Of a DNA stretch of 64,000 nucleotides, positions 20,279 through 30,096 are shown piece by piece. A program made the translations under genes and the position numbers. Every line of letters starts with the position of its first letter. Position 1 is the stretch's first letter. The notes below the pieces were generated by a model. That model was not told the DNA's origin. It did no database searches and saw only the letters and a program-made list of their open reading frames with translations. This DNA comes from an uncultured virus (IMG/VR IMGVR_UViG_3300031133_000403) (Duplodnaviria; Heunggongvirae; Uroviricota; Caudoviricetes), in IMG/VR virus record IMGVR_UViG_3300031133_000403, one strand, 5' to 3'.

Positions 20279-22852
20279 TCATGCCGCTTGCGCGAAGGCG
20301 CGCAGGACGTCGGCCGCGGCCGTGCCCTCCAGCGCCATGCGCTTGTCGTCGTCGGCCATCGCCGCCTCGAGCATCCGGCGCACCGTCTCCGGACGCGCAC
20401 GCCCGGCTTCGATGTTGGCCGCCATGCCCTCGAGCGCGCGGACGTAGTTGCTCATGTCGCGCACCTTGAGCTTGGCGTCGGGACGGATGCCCATGCCCTC
20501 GGCCTCCGTGCGGTCGCCGAGATAGGTCTTGTGGAGCGCGATGATGCCCATGCCGAGCGCCTCGTCGGGGAGCGTGCGCGCCCAGTCGAGGAAGGGCAGC
20601 CACTCCGGCATGTCCTCGTAGCGTTCGCGGTCGAAGTCGGTCTCCTTGCGGCGGCACAGCGCGATGCGCTCCACGGCCGAACGGCACCGCTTCAGATGCG
20701 CGTAGAACCAGGCCTTCGACTTCCACTGGCGGTCCGAGCGCCCGGGCAGGGTGCCGGCCGAATCCTGGAAGACGATGCCCTCAGTGGGATTGTCGCGACG
20801 CCACTTCGGATCGGTCTCGACCCGCTCCATGATGGCGCGCAGCGCGCGCCAGTCGCGGATCTGCGGGAACAGCCGCTCCTTGACCTCGCAGCCGAGCCAC
20901 TTGCCGATCGCCAGCAGGGTGTCGTAGTCGACCTGCTCGAACTTCTCGGAACGGCGCACGCATCCGATGAGCACCAGACGGTCCTCGGGATAGTCGATGA
21001 TGTGCGGATCGTTCTCCATGTCGACCGCTTCGAACACGAGGCTCGCGACCTGGTCGCGGTTGAAGCGCAGCAGCTTCTCGGTGCCGGCGACGCCGAGCTT
21101 GCGGTGCACCAGATCCTGCGCGTATCCTGCGAACGTGCCCTCGACCCGGCTCTTCGACGCGATGATGAGTTCCTGCGTGCGTTCGGAGTATCCGGTGATG
21201 CACAGGAAGCCGTTCAGCTTGTCGAAGCCGTCGACCGGAAATACAATCGAGTGTTCGAGCTGCTCATCCTGGGTTTCGCGCCTTTCGCCGTGATTCCAGA
21301 ACTTCTCGTATGATCGGGCGACGGGCGTGTGATCGATGTTGTCGATGAATAGACCGCGTGCGATCGTCGTGTAGTCGTCCCAGGTCTTGGAATAGAACGC
21401 CTGCTTGGTGAAATTCACGGACGATACGTGCGGCATGCTTTCCGACGGATTCACCGAGACCATGCCGTGGTTCTCGAAGGCGGCCATGGTCTCCGCCGAA
21501 AGCGGTTCGACCTTGTCGTCGCCGCGCGCCGCCCAGGGGGTGATCGGCGCCTGGTCGTCGAAGGACTTGCGTCCCGCCGCGTCGTCGATCGCGCGTGCCT
21601 GCTGCATGGTGCGGTACTCACTTGAACGGATTTGAACGGTGTGCCAGCCTTGGGCGTCGAGGATCGCGAAGCGCATCCACCCGCCGAACTCGACCTGGCC
21701 TTCGAGATTGAACGACTTCGCCGAACCGGCTTCGGCCGCGAGGACGGGCAGGACGCGCGAGTTCCTGTGACCGTGCACCTGCACGAGCCCGGAATCCTTT
21801 TCCGCCTCCACCCACATCGCATCGATGCCGTGTCCGTAGTGCCCGTTGCCGCGACGCAGGATGGTCTCGGGGATCAGGTGCGGATGGCTCGGCCAGCGCG
21901 ACAGGCCGCCGTGCGTCACCAGCACCTGCTGGTCGTGCCAGCGGTACATGTAGAGCGGCACCGTGTCGGCCGCGACGCGCACGAGGTCGTCCCGCGTGAT
22001 GCCGGCCTCCTCGAGCTGGGGCGCCGTGCGGTCCCGGTACTCGCGGCTGACCGCGGGCCGGCCGGCGGCCGCGATCTCGATGTGGTCCTCGTGGTTGCCC
22101 GCCACGAAGACCACGTTGTGCCGACCGAGCGCATGGTCGATGTACCAGCGCAGCACCTTCCCGTTCTCGACGCCGCGGTCGAGGAGATCGCCGCAGAAGA
22201 TGTACAGGACGTCGTCCTCCAGCCCGTTCGCCAGCGGCGAGGCGGGATCCAGAAGCGGGTGCAGCGTCCCCTGCAGATCGCCGATGTGCACCACTTGCCG
22301 GTATGCCGAGGCGTCGCGCAGCTGCGTGTCGCGCGTCAGGAACGCCATGGTCTCGGCCAGCGGCTGCTCGAGCGCGTCCATGTCGCCGACGCGCACGGTT
22401 GCGAGGCCCGCCGCGAGCGCCTGGTGCGACGCCTGCTCGTAGCAGCGCTGCACCGCGAAGTCGGGCACGCGCAGGCGTTCCGGGCGCGCGCGGTTGGCGA
22501 CCAGCGCCTGCGCGGTCGGCACGTCGTAGAAATCGACGACCAGCACGCGGTACCGGTGCTCGTCCGCCAGATCCAGGATGGTCTGCACGTCGCGCTGCAT
22601 GGGCATGGTGGCCTCGAAGGCGATCGTCTCGCCGTCCTTCATCCGTCGGGCGAGGGATTCCAGCGTGACCGCGCGCACCAGCTGGTTGTGCTGCTGCGGA
22701 ATGGTCATCTCGCCGCTGATCGCGACGGTGTCCCCCGACACGATCTCGCGCACCTTGTCGAACGACAGGTGGTGGCCCTCGAGGCCCAGACGCCGCACGA
22801 AGCCGCTCTTGCCGGTGCCCTGCGGGCCCCGGACGATGATGATGTTGCGCAT
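20279..22852 (-). CDS. RNA repair enzyme: polynucleotide kinase + metallophosphoesterase + RNA ligase
   Basis: P-loop GPQGTGKS; phosphoesterase GDLQG, GDLLDRG, GNHE, THGG, VHGH; ligase KLNG, EGIVF, KSK. Confidence 0.9.
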   Translation of the reverse strand: MRNIIIVRGPQGTGKSGFVRRLGLEGHHLSFDKVREIVSGDTVAISGEMTIPQQHNQLVRAVTLESLARRMKDGETIAFEATMPMQRDVQTILDLADEHRYRVLVVDFYDVPTAQALVANRARPERLRVPDFAVQRCYEQASHQALAAGLATVRVGDMDALEQPLAETMAFLTRDTQLRDASAYRQVVHIGDLQGTLHPLLDPASPLANGLEDDVLYIFCGDLLDRGVENGKVLRWYIDHALGRHNVVFVAGNHEDHIEIAAAGRPAVSREYRDRTAPQLEEAGITRDDLVRVAADTVPLYMYRWHDQQVLVTHGGLSRWPSHPHLIPETILRRGNGHYGHGIDAMWVEAEKDSGLVQVHGHRNSRVLPVLAAEAGSAKSFNLEGQVEFGGWMRFAILDAQGWHTVQIRSSEYRTMQQARAIDDAAGRKSFDDQAPITPWAARGDDKVEPLSAETMAAFENHGMVSVNPSESMPHVSSVNFTKQAFYSKTWDDYTTIARGLFIDNIDHTPVARSYEKFWNHGERRETQDEQLEHSIVFPVDGFDKLNGFLCITGYSERTQELIIASKSRVEGTFAGYAQDLVHRKLGVAGTEKLLRFNRDQVASLVFEAVDMENDPHIIDYPEDRLVLIGCVRRSEKFEQVDYDTLLAIGKWLGCEVKERLFPQIRDWRALRAIMERVETDPKWRRDNPTEGIVFQDSAGTLPGRSDRQWKSKAWFYAHLKRCRSAVERIALCRRKETDFDRERYEDMPEWLPFLDWARTLPDEALGMGIIALHKTYLGDRTEAEGMGIRPDAKLKVRDMSNYVRALEGMAANIEAGRARPETVRRMLEAAMADDDKRMALEGTAAADVLRAFAQAA

Positions 22853-22946
22853 GGCGCATTTTCCCCTTCAGGACGTGATTCAAGGAAAGCCGTTCAAACC
22901 AAGCCGGCCCTCCGGCATTGCCCGATCCACTGCCATATTCGTCGTA

Positions 22947-22965
22947 ATAGTGCAATATGCACTAT
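22947..22965. promoter_or_regulatory. Perfect palindrome, candidate operator
   Basis: ATAGTGCA-ATA-TGCACTAT in an AT-rich patch about 95 nt upstream of the RNA-repair gene. Confidence 0.55.
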
Positions 22966-23081
22966 CTTATGATTGAGACGGTCAGGCGCGCGTGTTCCCG
23001 CCTCGCGGACCGGCCAGTCGTTCCGCGAGGCGGGATGCTCCAGGCGTGCACGTGTCGGACGTCGTCGTCCGGGAGCCGTCG

Positions 23082-23528
23082 CTAGACTTCGTCTCCGAAC
23101 GGGCCTTCGAGTAGAGCCTCCCGCCTCCATGCGTCGTACTTCGCGAAGTCGGTTATGACGCCGCCGCCGTCGACGTACTCCTGATGGCAGCGGCTCCAGT
23201 ACTCCAGCACCGCGACAGGTTCGGAGTTCATGGTCGGACCGGCGGGGCAGCAGCCCGCGTTCGGAGGATCGCCGTAGTGCAGCGTGCCGGCGCGTATGCG
23301 GTCGGCGAGACCCTCCCCCTGGTACTGCTCGATCTGGCCCGCGTCGAATACGACCTTGAAGCGCGCGTCGCAGGCCTGGCATGCGATCTCGACCAGCGCC
23401 ACCTCGCGTGCGTATATCGAGGCGCTGCGACCCGGGTGGAACGTGCCGTAGCGCGGCACGCCGCCCTTCTGCCACCAGGACGGCTTCTCGGCGATGCGGC
23501 TGGTTATGTCGTCATATCTGGGATGCAT
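23082..23528 (-). CDS. Hypothetical protein, possibly Zn-binding
   Basis: CQAC plus LHYGDPP..CC; GGAGG RBS. Confidence 0.7.
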   Translation of the reverse strand: MHPRYDDITSRIAEKPSWWQKGGVPRYGTFHPGRSASIYAREVALVEIACQACDARFKVVFDAGQIEQYQGEGLADRIRAGTLHYGDPPNAGCCPAGPTMNSEPVAVLEYWSRCHQEYVDGGGVITDFAKYDAWRREALLEGPFGDEV

Positions 23529-24264
23529 CGTCGACCTCCCTGGTCACCGTGATGTTCTCGAGCGCGACCAGGTCGGTCGCGTAGTGCATGGTCGTCCCGA
23601 CCCAGTCGCTGCTGCCGGTTATCCGCAGATCGTACGGGTCGAGCACCGGGTGCGACACCACGTCGCGCAGCGGTCGCCCCTTGCACAGCGCCAGAATGGT
23701 CTGGGGAACGTCCTCGTACAGGACCACGCCGCCGTCCTTGGTGTCGATCATCCCCATGCCGTCGGGATGCAGCAGGGCCGAGACGAGACATGTCGGCTGT
23801 CCCTCGCGCGTGCCCACCCGCTCGGCTTCGATGTGCGTCCTGACGCCGCCGAGCCGCATCCTCCAGGTGCCGTGCCGGCATGCGGCCATGAACCCGAATG
23901 CGCGCGGATCGATGCCGTTGGCCGCCAGCATCCGCGCCAGGAGTTCCGGCATCAGCGTGGTCCCCATCGGCGCAGCCACCGGCGATCCCGTTCCGACGAC
24001 GTCGTGCGTGGTCCTGCTCAGCAGGGCTTCGATTCCGACCGGGTCGTGCAGCCACGCGTCGATTCGCGCGCGCATCTCGGGCCATCCGCGGCTTCCGGTC
24101 GGATCTTCTCCCTGCTTTCCCATGCCGATCCCCCCTCCGACTTCGGGAATGTCGGCGAGCATGGTGAAGGCGCTGTCCTTGCCGTACCCGTCTCCTCCCG
24201 GCGTCGACTTCGCCGATACGCGAACCGTGAGGTACCGCGCGCCGGCCCGTGATTCCTCCCCCAT
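23512..24264 (-). CDS. PET-GR motif family protein
   Basis: VPQTILALCKGRPLRDVVSHP. Confidence 0.75.
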   Translation of the reverse strand: MGEESRAGARYLTVRVSAKSTPGGDGYGKDSAFTMLADIPEVGGGIGMGKQGEDPTGSRGWPEMRARIDAWLHDPVGIEALLSRTTHDVVGTGSPVAAPMGTTLMPELLARMLAANGIDPRAFGFMAACRHGTWRMRLGGVRTHIEAERVGTREGQPTCLVSALLHPDGMGMIDTKDGGVVLYEDVPQTILALCKGRPLRDVVSHPVLDPYDLRITGSSDWVGTTMHYATDLVALENITVTREVDDASQI

Positions 24265-24295
24265 TTTCCCGTTCCTTGGATTCGATCCCTCCGCC

Positions 24296-25729
24296 TCACC
24301 GGTCGAATGGAATGCCCACCGTCGACACGACTAGGCTGTGCGCGCCGTTCCTCGTCCGGCGTGCGGCCTTCACGATCAGGCGCTCGTCCAGCCACGGATG
24401 GTCGACGACCCGCGTGACCGGCATGCCGATCATGGCCTGCAGCGCGGTCTCGGGAAGGGACACGCCGCGCATCGTCAGCCTGCCCCTGTTCCACGAGATG
24501 CCCTTCGCCAGATCTATCCTCCCCTGCAGCCGTCCCCGCCGGACATCCAGATCCTGGATCGCCTCCGGCAGGTCGTCGGGCATCGACGCGCGACCCATGA
24601 TGGGAGCCTGCCGTGCGTAGCGCTCGTCGTGCAGGTGCACGTCGTTCATGACGGCGTCGAGCACGGCCGCCGGATCGCGCCCCGCCAAAGCGTTCAGCAG
24701 CACGCTGTCGACCGTGCAGCCGCCGCGTCTGGCGATGGTCGCGTTGGCGTGCGCCGACTTCGCCATCTTGTCGATCATGTCGAGCATGGGCTGCAGCAGC
24801 GTGGACGGCGGGTCGTCGCGGGTGACGCGCCCCGCATGCACAAGTCGACGCATGTCGGCGGGTGCCAGATCGTCGCCGAGGACCCGGCACCGGATCTCCC
24901 ACGCGCCGATCTTGTGGCGCATGTCGTCGGCGCAAGCCCCGTCCTCGGGCTTGACGATGTATATGCTCCAGTCGGGGCTGTCCGGATCGTAGGGGATCAC
25001 GTGCGCCAGTCGGACCGATTCGACCGTCAACGTCACGCGCGCGTGGCGTCTGGCGTATTCCTTCACCGTCGCGGCAGTCTTCTCGATGTCGACCGCCCAT
25101 CCGTGCATGGTCTTCACCGTGCCGACGATGTCGGCGACCACGAACCCCGGGTCCATCATGCCCGGCATGCCGTGATGTTCTATGCGGATGGTCCGCGCCG
25201 TCGATCCGTCGGCCACCCCGGATACGGACACGTGCTTCGAGTCGAAGGCGATCGCGTCGAAATGCGCGCCTCCACGCCTCAGGGCTTCCTCCAGAAGCAG
25301 CCGGGCGCGTCTCTCCAGAATGCGCCCCTGTTCGGAGTGGTCGCCGTCACCCCATGGGCCGCCCATCCGGACGATGCGTCCGCCGACCTCGTCGAGCAGG
25401 TAGACGCCCCTGGACGTCCGCATCGTGCGTCCATCCATGTGGGTGAACGGCTCCAGCAGCTTCTTCGGCCTTCCCCTTATGGACATCCAGCCCATCTCGT
25501 CGCGCAGATGCATCTCCACCTTGCGCGCGAGATCGCCCAGCGTCCGCTCGCGCGTGGCATGGGCGTCGAGACCGTCGGCGACGAGCAGCGCCGCGAGATC
25601 CCGAGGTGGAACCCTCACGTCGCGCTGGTCGCCGGCGTTCCATGCGCCGTCCTCGAGCAGCGATCGCACGAGTTGGAAGTCGGACCTTCCGGTTACGCCG
25701 TCGTCGGCATGCGTCGCGTCGTAGTCCAT
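24296..25729 (-). CDS. PET-GR motif family protein (477 aa)
   Basis: GISWNRGRLTMRGVSLPETALQAMIGMPVTRVVDHP; C-terminal part resembles 775..2142. Confidence 0.8.
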   Translation of the reverse strand: MDYDATHADDGVTGRSDFQLVRSLLEDGAWNAGDQRDVRVPPRDLAALLVADGLDAHATRERTLGDLARKVEMHLRDEMGWMSIRGRPKKLLEPFTHMDGRTMRTSRGVYLLDEVGGRIVRMGGPWGDGDHSEQGRILERRARLLLEEALRRGGAHFDAIAFDSKHVSVSGVADGSTARTIRIEHHGMPGMMDPGFVVADIVGTVKTMHGWAVDIEKTAATVKEYARRHARVTLTVESVRLAHVIPYDPDSPDWSIYIVKPEDGACADDMRHKIGAWEIRCRVLGDDLAPADMRRLVHAGRVTRDDPPSTLLQPMLDMIDKMAKSAHANATIARRGGCTVDSVLLNALAGRDPAAVLDAVMNDVHLHDERYARQAPIMGRASMPDDLPEAIQDLDVRRGRLQGRIDLAKGISWNRGRLTMRGVSLPETALQAMIGMPVTRVVDHPWLDERLIVKAARRTRNGAHSLVVSTVGIPFDR

Positions 25730-25769
25730 GACCGGTCTTCTAGGATCGCGTCCACCGCTTTGGAAAGCC

Positions 25770-26333
25770 TCAGGCGGCGCATGCCACCTGCAAGGGCCAC
25801 GAGGCCACCAGCTGCGAGGCGATCGACTTCTGGTCGCCGGCGTGGCTGATGCCGGGCCGCACGATCGTCATGCCGGCTATGCGCGCCTGGAATTCGCCGT
25901 GGCGCATCCATTCGCATTGCCCGTGCGCCGACCAGCCGTCGTCCGCTGCCTTCTTGCGACCGCCCTTGACCTCCGACGCCGCGGCCTTCGCCGCCGCCCT
26001 CGCCATGCGCCGTTCGGCCAGCACCCCGTGCGGCACGTCGAGGTGCACCATGTGGTTGCAGATGGTCGTGAACCCCGGGTAGTGGAAGAGCAGGAAGCCT
26101 TCGACGACGACGTGCTCGTGATGGTCGAGCGCCGACACGGCCTCGTCGAGCAGGGCCATGCCGTCGTACTGGTGGGGCTGTTCGAAGCTGGGGTGGCCGT
26201 TGACGAGCGGCCGTTCCGCATCCTCGATGAAGTGCCTGTCGAGATGGAGCGTCGGGGCGTCGAGCAATGCCGCGATCTCGCGCGCCAGCGTCGTCTTGCC
26301 CGAACAGCTGGGGCCTGAGATTCCGATCAGCAT
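25770..26333 (-). CDS. Nucleoside kinase (nicotinamide riboside/uridine kinase-like)
   Basis: IGISGPSCSGKTTLA, LHLDRHF, VVVEGFLLF. Confidence 0.8.
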   Translation of the reverse strand: MLIGISGPSCSGKTTLAREIAALLDAPTLHLDRHFIEDAERPLVNGHPSFEQPHQYDGMALLDEAVSALDHHEHVVVEGFLLFHYPGFTTICNHMVHLDVPHGVLAERRMARAAAKAAASEVKGGRKKAADDGWSAHGQCEWMRHGEFQARIAGMTIVRPGISHAGDQKSIASQLVASWPLQVACAA

Positions 26334-26408
26334 GGTCGTCCCTTTTTCCGATTGGGCGAATGGTACCCCTTCGGTCCACGGGATGACAACGATTTCCGTC
26401 GCGCAGGC

Positions 26409-27527
26409 TCAGCTCCGGTGGATTCCCGCCGTCCTCGCCTGGTGCGCCCCGATCTCCTGGACGCGGGTCCGCCCCTCCGCCTGCACGTCCAGAACCTCGT
26501 GGCCGAGCCTGGCGCGCACGACGGGCACGACGTCCTCGGTGCGCGCCACGCGGTCGTATATGTCGACCTGCACGGTCGCGTCGGCCTTGTCCGCCTGCCC
26601 CGCCGCGATCAGCCGGTCGTCGCCCGTCGAATGTCCGGTGGCGACCTTGCGTTGCGCCTCGAACACGATGATGCGCGTCTGCTCGATCCCCAGCGCGTGA
26701 CCCATCGCCGTGTCGCTCTCCGGGTGGTTGGCGAGCGATGCCGCGCGCGCCACGATGGCCGCGTCGTCCGTCGGGTCGGGGAAGGCGCGCGCGTGCGCCA
26801 CGACGGCCGTCTCGATGGCGTCGACGGGACGCGCGTTCCCGGCGGCCAGGGCGGCCGAGCGTTCCTTGTGGTCTCGACCGATGGGTGCGATCAGTCCTTC
26901 GGATTCGTAGGCCAGCACCGCCTTGTCCGCGCCCAGCATCCGTGCGACGTCCTCGGCCCGTGCCGCCTCGCGGCGCAGCGCGGGCGACATCATGCCCCCC
27001 GTCGACACCGTCTCGGCCAGATCGTCCTGCTGATCGGGCGTGAGCCTGTGGTACTCGCCCATCGCGCGTCTGCGCACGAGCTCCTCGAGATCGCCGCCGT
27101 CGCGCACGGATTCGACCAGGTTGCGGTCCGGAAGATCGAGCGCCTTGGCCCGGGCGGGGTCGCCCACGGCGGCCATCACCGCCTGCGCCTGGTTCTGCAC
27201 GGCCACGTCGGCCAGCAGGCGCGTCGCCATGCCCTCGCCCTGCGGGAACTGCTTCTCGCCGTCACCATCCGGTCCCAGCACCCGCGTCACCGCCGAGTGC
27301 ATGGTGCGCCATTCTGGCGTCCCTTCCGTCAGCGTGTCCGCGGCCGACGCGCCCCCGGACCGCTCCAGGGCGACCGACGCCCCCGCCACGATCTCGGCCA
27401 TCCGCATGATGCGCGAAGCATCGCCGTCCATCACGACCATCGCGCCGGCGCTCGCCCCCTTCAGGACCAGCGTCGCCACGCCTGCGGCGTATTGGGAAGT
27501 GGAATCGTAGATGTTGTCCTCAGCCAT
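26409..27527 (-). CDS. Hypothetical protein (372 aa)
   Basis: GGAGG RBS; Ala-rich, probably helical. Confidence 0.75.
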   Translation of the reverse strand: MAEDNIYDSTSQYAAGVATLVLKGASAGAMVVMDGDASRIMRMAEIVAGASVALERSGGASAADTLTEGTPEWRTMHSAVTRVLGPDGDGEKQFPQGEGMATRLLADVAVQNQAQAVMAAVGDPARAKALDLPDRNLVESVRDGGDLEELVRRRAMGEYHRLTPDQQDDLAETVSTGGMMSPALRREAARAEDVARMLGADKAVLAYESEGLIAPIGRDHKERSAALAAGNARPVDAIETAVVAHARAFPDPTDDAAIVARAASLANHPESDTAMGHALGIEQTRIIVFEAQRKVATGHSTGDDRLIAAGQADKADATVQVDIYDRVARTEDVVPVVRARLGHEVLDVQAEGRTRVQEIGAHQARTAGIHRS

Positions 27528-27910
27528 GTGCGTGCCTCCGCGCCACTACGCATTGGATAGCATCATCCTGAAAACGCCGCGACATTTTTATCGTCCACTA
27601 TGCTTTGTGATTAGAAGCCGTTGTCCCGCGAAACGGCGAATGACGATGAATCGTCGAAGAGTCGTCGGCCTTCGCCGATCATCCCTTCGTCGTCACTAGC
27701 ATCCGTTTCGTAGCCACGTCCATCCTGAAAGCATGGTTTCGGCGATTGATTTGCATTAAATCCGTCGTGCTGGCCATTGTGCGGCGTCATCCCTCAAGGC
27801 CATCCTTCGGCATCTGCGCCGCAGGAACGTGCAGAGAACTCCGGGAGATGCGGCCGCACTCCCGTTCTCCCCTCACGGGTCGAAACCCGGGAAGTCCGTG
27901 ATACTTCGGG

Positions 27911-28408
27911 TCAGCGACCGGCGCGGCGCAATCGTCGCACCAATCGTCCCAGCAGCGACCCCCGTCCCGTCCCCGGCACCTGCACCCACTCCATGCGGTC
28001 CAGCGACACCATGGGGTGCGCACGGCCCGTCGCCTGGTCCACGACGTCGTCGATCCTCGCGATCGTCAGTCCCGGCATGTCCAGGAGCTCGTGGGCGATC
28101 AGGTCGTTCACCGGCCTGCCCACGTACGCCGCACGCAGGGTGTGCGGTATGTCGACGTCGTGCAGTGTGATCCTGCTCGATTCCTCGTCCGGGCCGGTGA
28201 CGAAGTGCACGTTGTCGGACAGGCTCACGGTCATCAGGAGCCGGTCGCGCAGCACGCTCGAGTGGTGTCTCGCCATGCGCCGTCCTTCCAGCAGATCCGG
28301 TTGACGTTGCGAATCGTACGTCAGCACGTTTCGCACGATCTCGGCGTATCGTCCGGGGTTCACGCCGGCCTTCTCGATCATGAGCAGACCGACCGGATGT
28401 GTTCGCAT
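27911..28408 (-). CDS. PET-GR motif family protein; original RBS and first codon separated by an insertion
   Basis: IPHTLRAAYVGRPVNDLIAHE; original AAGGA-TC-ATG lies at 30105-30114, beyond the element. Confidence 0.75.
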   Translation of the reverse strand: MRTHPVGLLMIEKAGVNPGRYAEIVRNVLTYDSQRQPDLLEGRRMARHHSSVLRDRLLMTVSLSDNVHFVTGPDEESSRITLHDVDIPHTLRAAYVGRPVNDLIAHELLDMPGLTIARIDDVVDQATGRAHPMVSLDRMEWVQVPGTGRGSLLGRLVRRLRRAGR

Positions 28409-28411
28409 TTC

Positions 28412-30096
28412 GGCTTCCACGATTGTCAGGTTGATGGGCAGGAGCTCCAACCTGAAGCCCTGGTCTATGCGACGTGTCCGATCTGAGCGGCGGCCACCGT
28501 GAGGTGTCCGCTTTTCCTCGAACCCATTCGTCGCACCGCGTACCTCCTGCCCGTATGGTCGAAGGGCCCGGGATCCATCGCCTGGAGCGGTGGATGCGGG
28601 CGGCGCACGTCAATCTGCGCCGCTTTCACTGCCCGGTGGATCGACTTCCAGCATTCCGCCTGCGTCGTGGCCTTGGCCATGACGTCCGGCACCGCCCCAT
28701 CCTTCCATGGGAGTGGCTGCACCGTCCGCGGAACCACCGGAAGGCGGTCCTTGTCTCCACGTGACGTGGCAATGCCGCGTCGCGCGATCTCCGCTGCGGC
28801 CGCACAGGCGTCCGGCAGGTCGAAGAGCATGTTGCCGATGGTGGTGGAGTATCCACCCCAGATCGACGAAAGCGTAAGGCCGGACAATGCGCAACGGCGG
28901 GCGAGGCCACCGATCAGCGCATTCCGGCTCCAGAAGTTGATGGTCTGAGCTGCAGGCTCGCCGCGCGACTTCTTGGACCAGCGCAGCTTGCCGAGGCCAC
29001 CCTCGTGGAAGATGGTGGCGGCGTGCCACTTGCGGGCGAGGCTTGAGGCCATACGCGCGGCGCGCGCCATGTGCGTGGCCAGAGCCTCCGAGGATGAGCC
29101 GATCGGTACGTTCATCTGGATCAGTCGATGGTCGAGTATGCGCACTGCGCCCGCGTCGCGCGCGTCTGAGCGGTGATTTATCTCGATGACGGTCAGACCG
29201 ATCCACTGCGGGTTGAGATCCACGCCGACTGCGCGCGACGTCATCGTTCGGATGGCTGGACGCCATTCCGGATGCACTGGGCGGATGGCATGATCGACCG
29301 GTTTGATTCTGTATGCTGAGTCATGCGTATCAGGGTCGTTGCGGGGTCTACCTCGAGGCTTGTGGCCGAGCGCCTCGCGCTCGGCCTTCTGGACCTGCTC
29401 GAGAGTCGTGTCCGGCGGAAGCTTGCGCAGATCCATAGGATCGAAGGTGATGGTCACGCTCGAAGAGCCGAGCGTGAAGCCGATGCCGATCTCGCAGGCA
29501 TTGGTAAGCAGCGCGAGGGCTTTGACCAGATAGCCCGTCTTGCCGGACATCTGAGGCAGGTTGAGTGTCACGGCCTTGCCGAGGAACCCGACCGTTGCCT
29601 TAAGCCCGTCATGCGACAGTTTGAGGTGTCGGTTTCCATTACGCGTGCGGTCGCCAACAATCTCGATGGGTCTGGACTGACGGCATCGCCGCCAGTCCTC
29701 CCGACCGATGAGACCTTTTGCACGTCGTTCGAATTGCTTGCGCCCGCCGAAGATGATCTTTCCGGTAGGCTGCTGCTTGCGCATGCGCAGAGCTTCACGC
29801 GTGGCGCAATGGATCGCCCATGATCCCAGCGGATGCGTCGGGAACAGCTTCTTAAGGATGTTCCTGAGATCCTTCTCCGGCATGAGTCTGTCATTTGGCA
29901 GCCCTGCACGCGCATAACCTGTGCGCACGACGCATGCCTGAAGCCGCTGCCAATCCGCGATCAGCCTCTTGTCGTCGTCTGAAGCGACATACGGGATCGT
30001 GATCGTCTGCACGAGGAAGGATTAGCAACACTCAAGCTTCTGGGGAAGGATTATCGGGTTGGAGACACGGGGATCAACCCGATAATCCGGAGAATC
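28412..30096 (-). mobile_element. Non-autonomous 1685-bp element with TIRs and 8-bp target site duplication, carrying a TnpB-like gene
   Basis: CGCATTTC at 28404-28411 and 30097-30104; inverted ends GATTGTCAGGTTGAT / GATTATCGGGTTGAT, each starting 9 nt inside; excision restores a gene start. Confidence 0.85.
28465..30012 (-). CDS. tnpB: TnpB/Cas12-like RuvC nuclease (515 aa)
   Basis: RuvC-I AVGVDLNP, RuvC-II IFHEGGL, RuvC-III YSTTIGN...LPDACAAAAEIARRG; N-terminal IIFGGRK and GNRHLK; no Cys4 zinc finger. Confidence 0.8.
   Translation of the reverse strand: MQTITIPYVASDDDKRLIADWQRLQACVVRTGYARAGLPNDRLMPEKDLRNILKKLFPTHPLGSWAIHCATREALRMRKQQPTGKIIFGGRKQFERRAKGLIGREDWRRCRQSRPIEIVGDRTRNGNRHLKLSHDGLKATVGFLGKAVTLNLPQMSGKTGYLVKALALLTNACEIGIGFTLGSSSVTITFDPMDLRKLPPDTTLEQVQKAEREALGHKPRGRPRNDPDTHDSAYRIKPVDHAIRPVHPEWRPAIRTMTSRAVGVDLNPQWIGLTVIEINHRSDARDAGAVRILDHRLIQMNVPIGSSSEALATHMARAARMASSLARKWHAATIFHEGGLGKLRWSKKSRGEPAAQTINFWSRNALIGGLARRCALSGLTLSSIWGGYSTTIGNMLFDLPDACAAAAEIARRGIATSRGDKDRLPVVPRTVQPLPWKDGAVPDVMAKATTQAECWKSIHRAVKAAQIDVRRPHPPLQAMDPGPFDHTGRRYAVRRMGSRKSGHLTVAAAQIGHVA

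Noticed and set aside
27911..28450. TTG start at 28450 as the native start of this gene
   Set aside because: The first 13 codons come from the element end; the native start is at 30107.
28412..30096. Canonical IS200/IS605 or IS607 element, or IStron
   Set aside because: No tnpA; the ends are inverted relative to each other and flanked by an 8-bp duplication; no room for a group I intron core. A HUH-type mechanism using the hairpins cannot be fully excluded.
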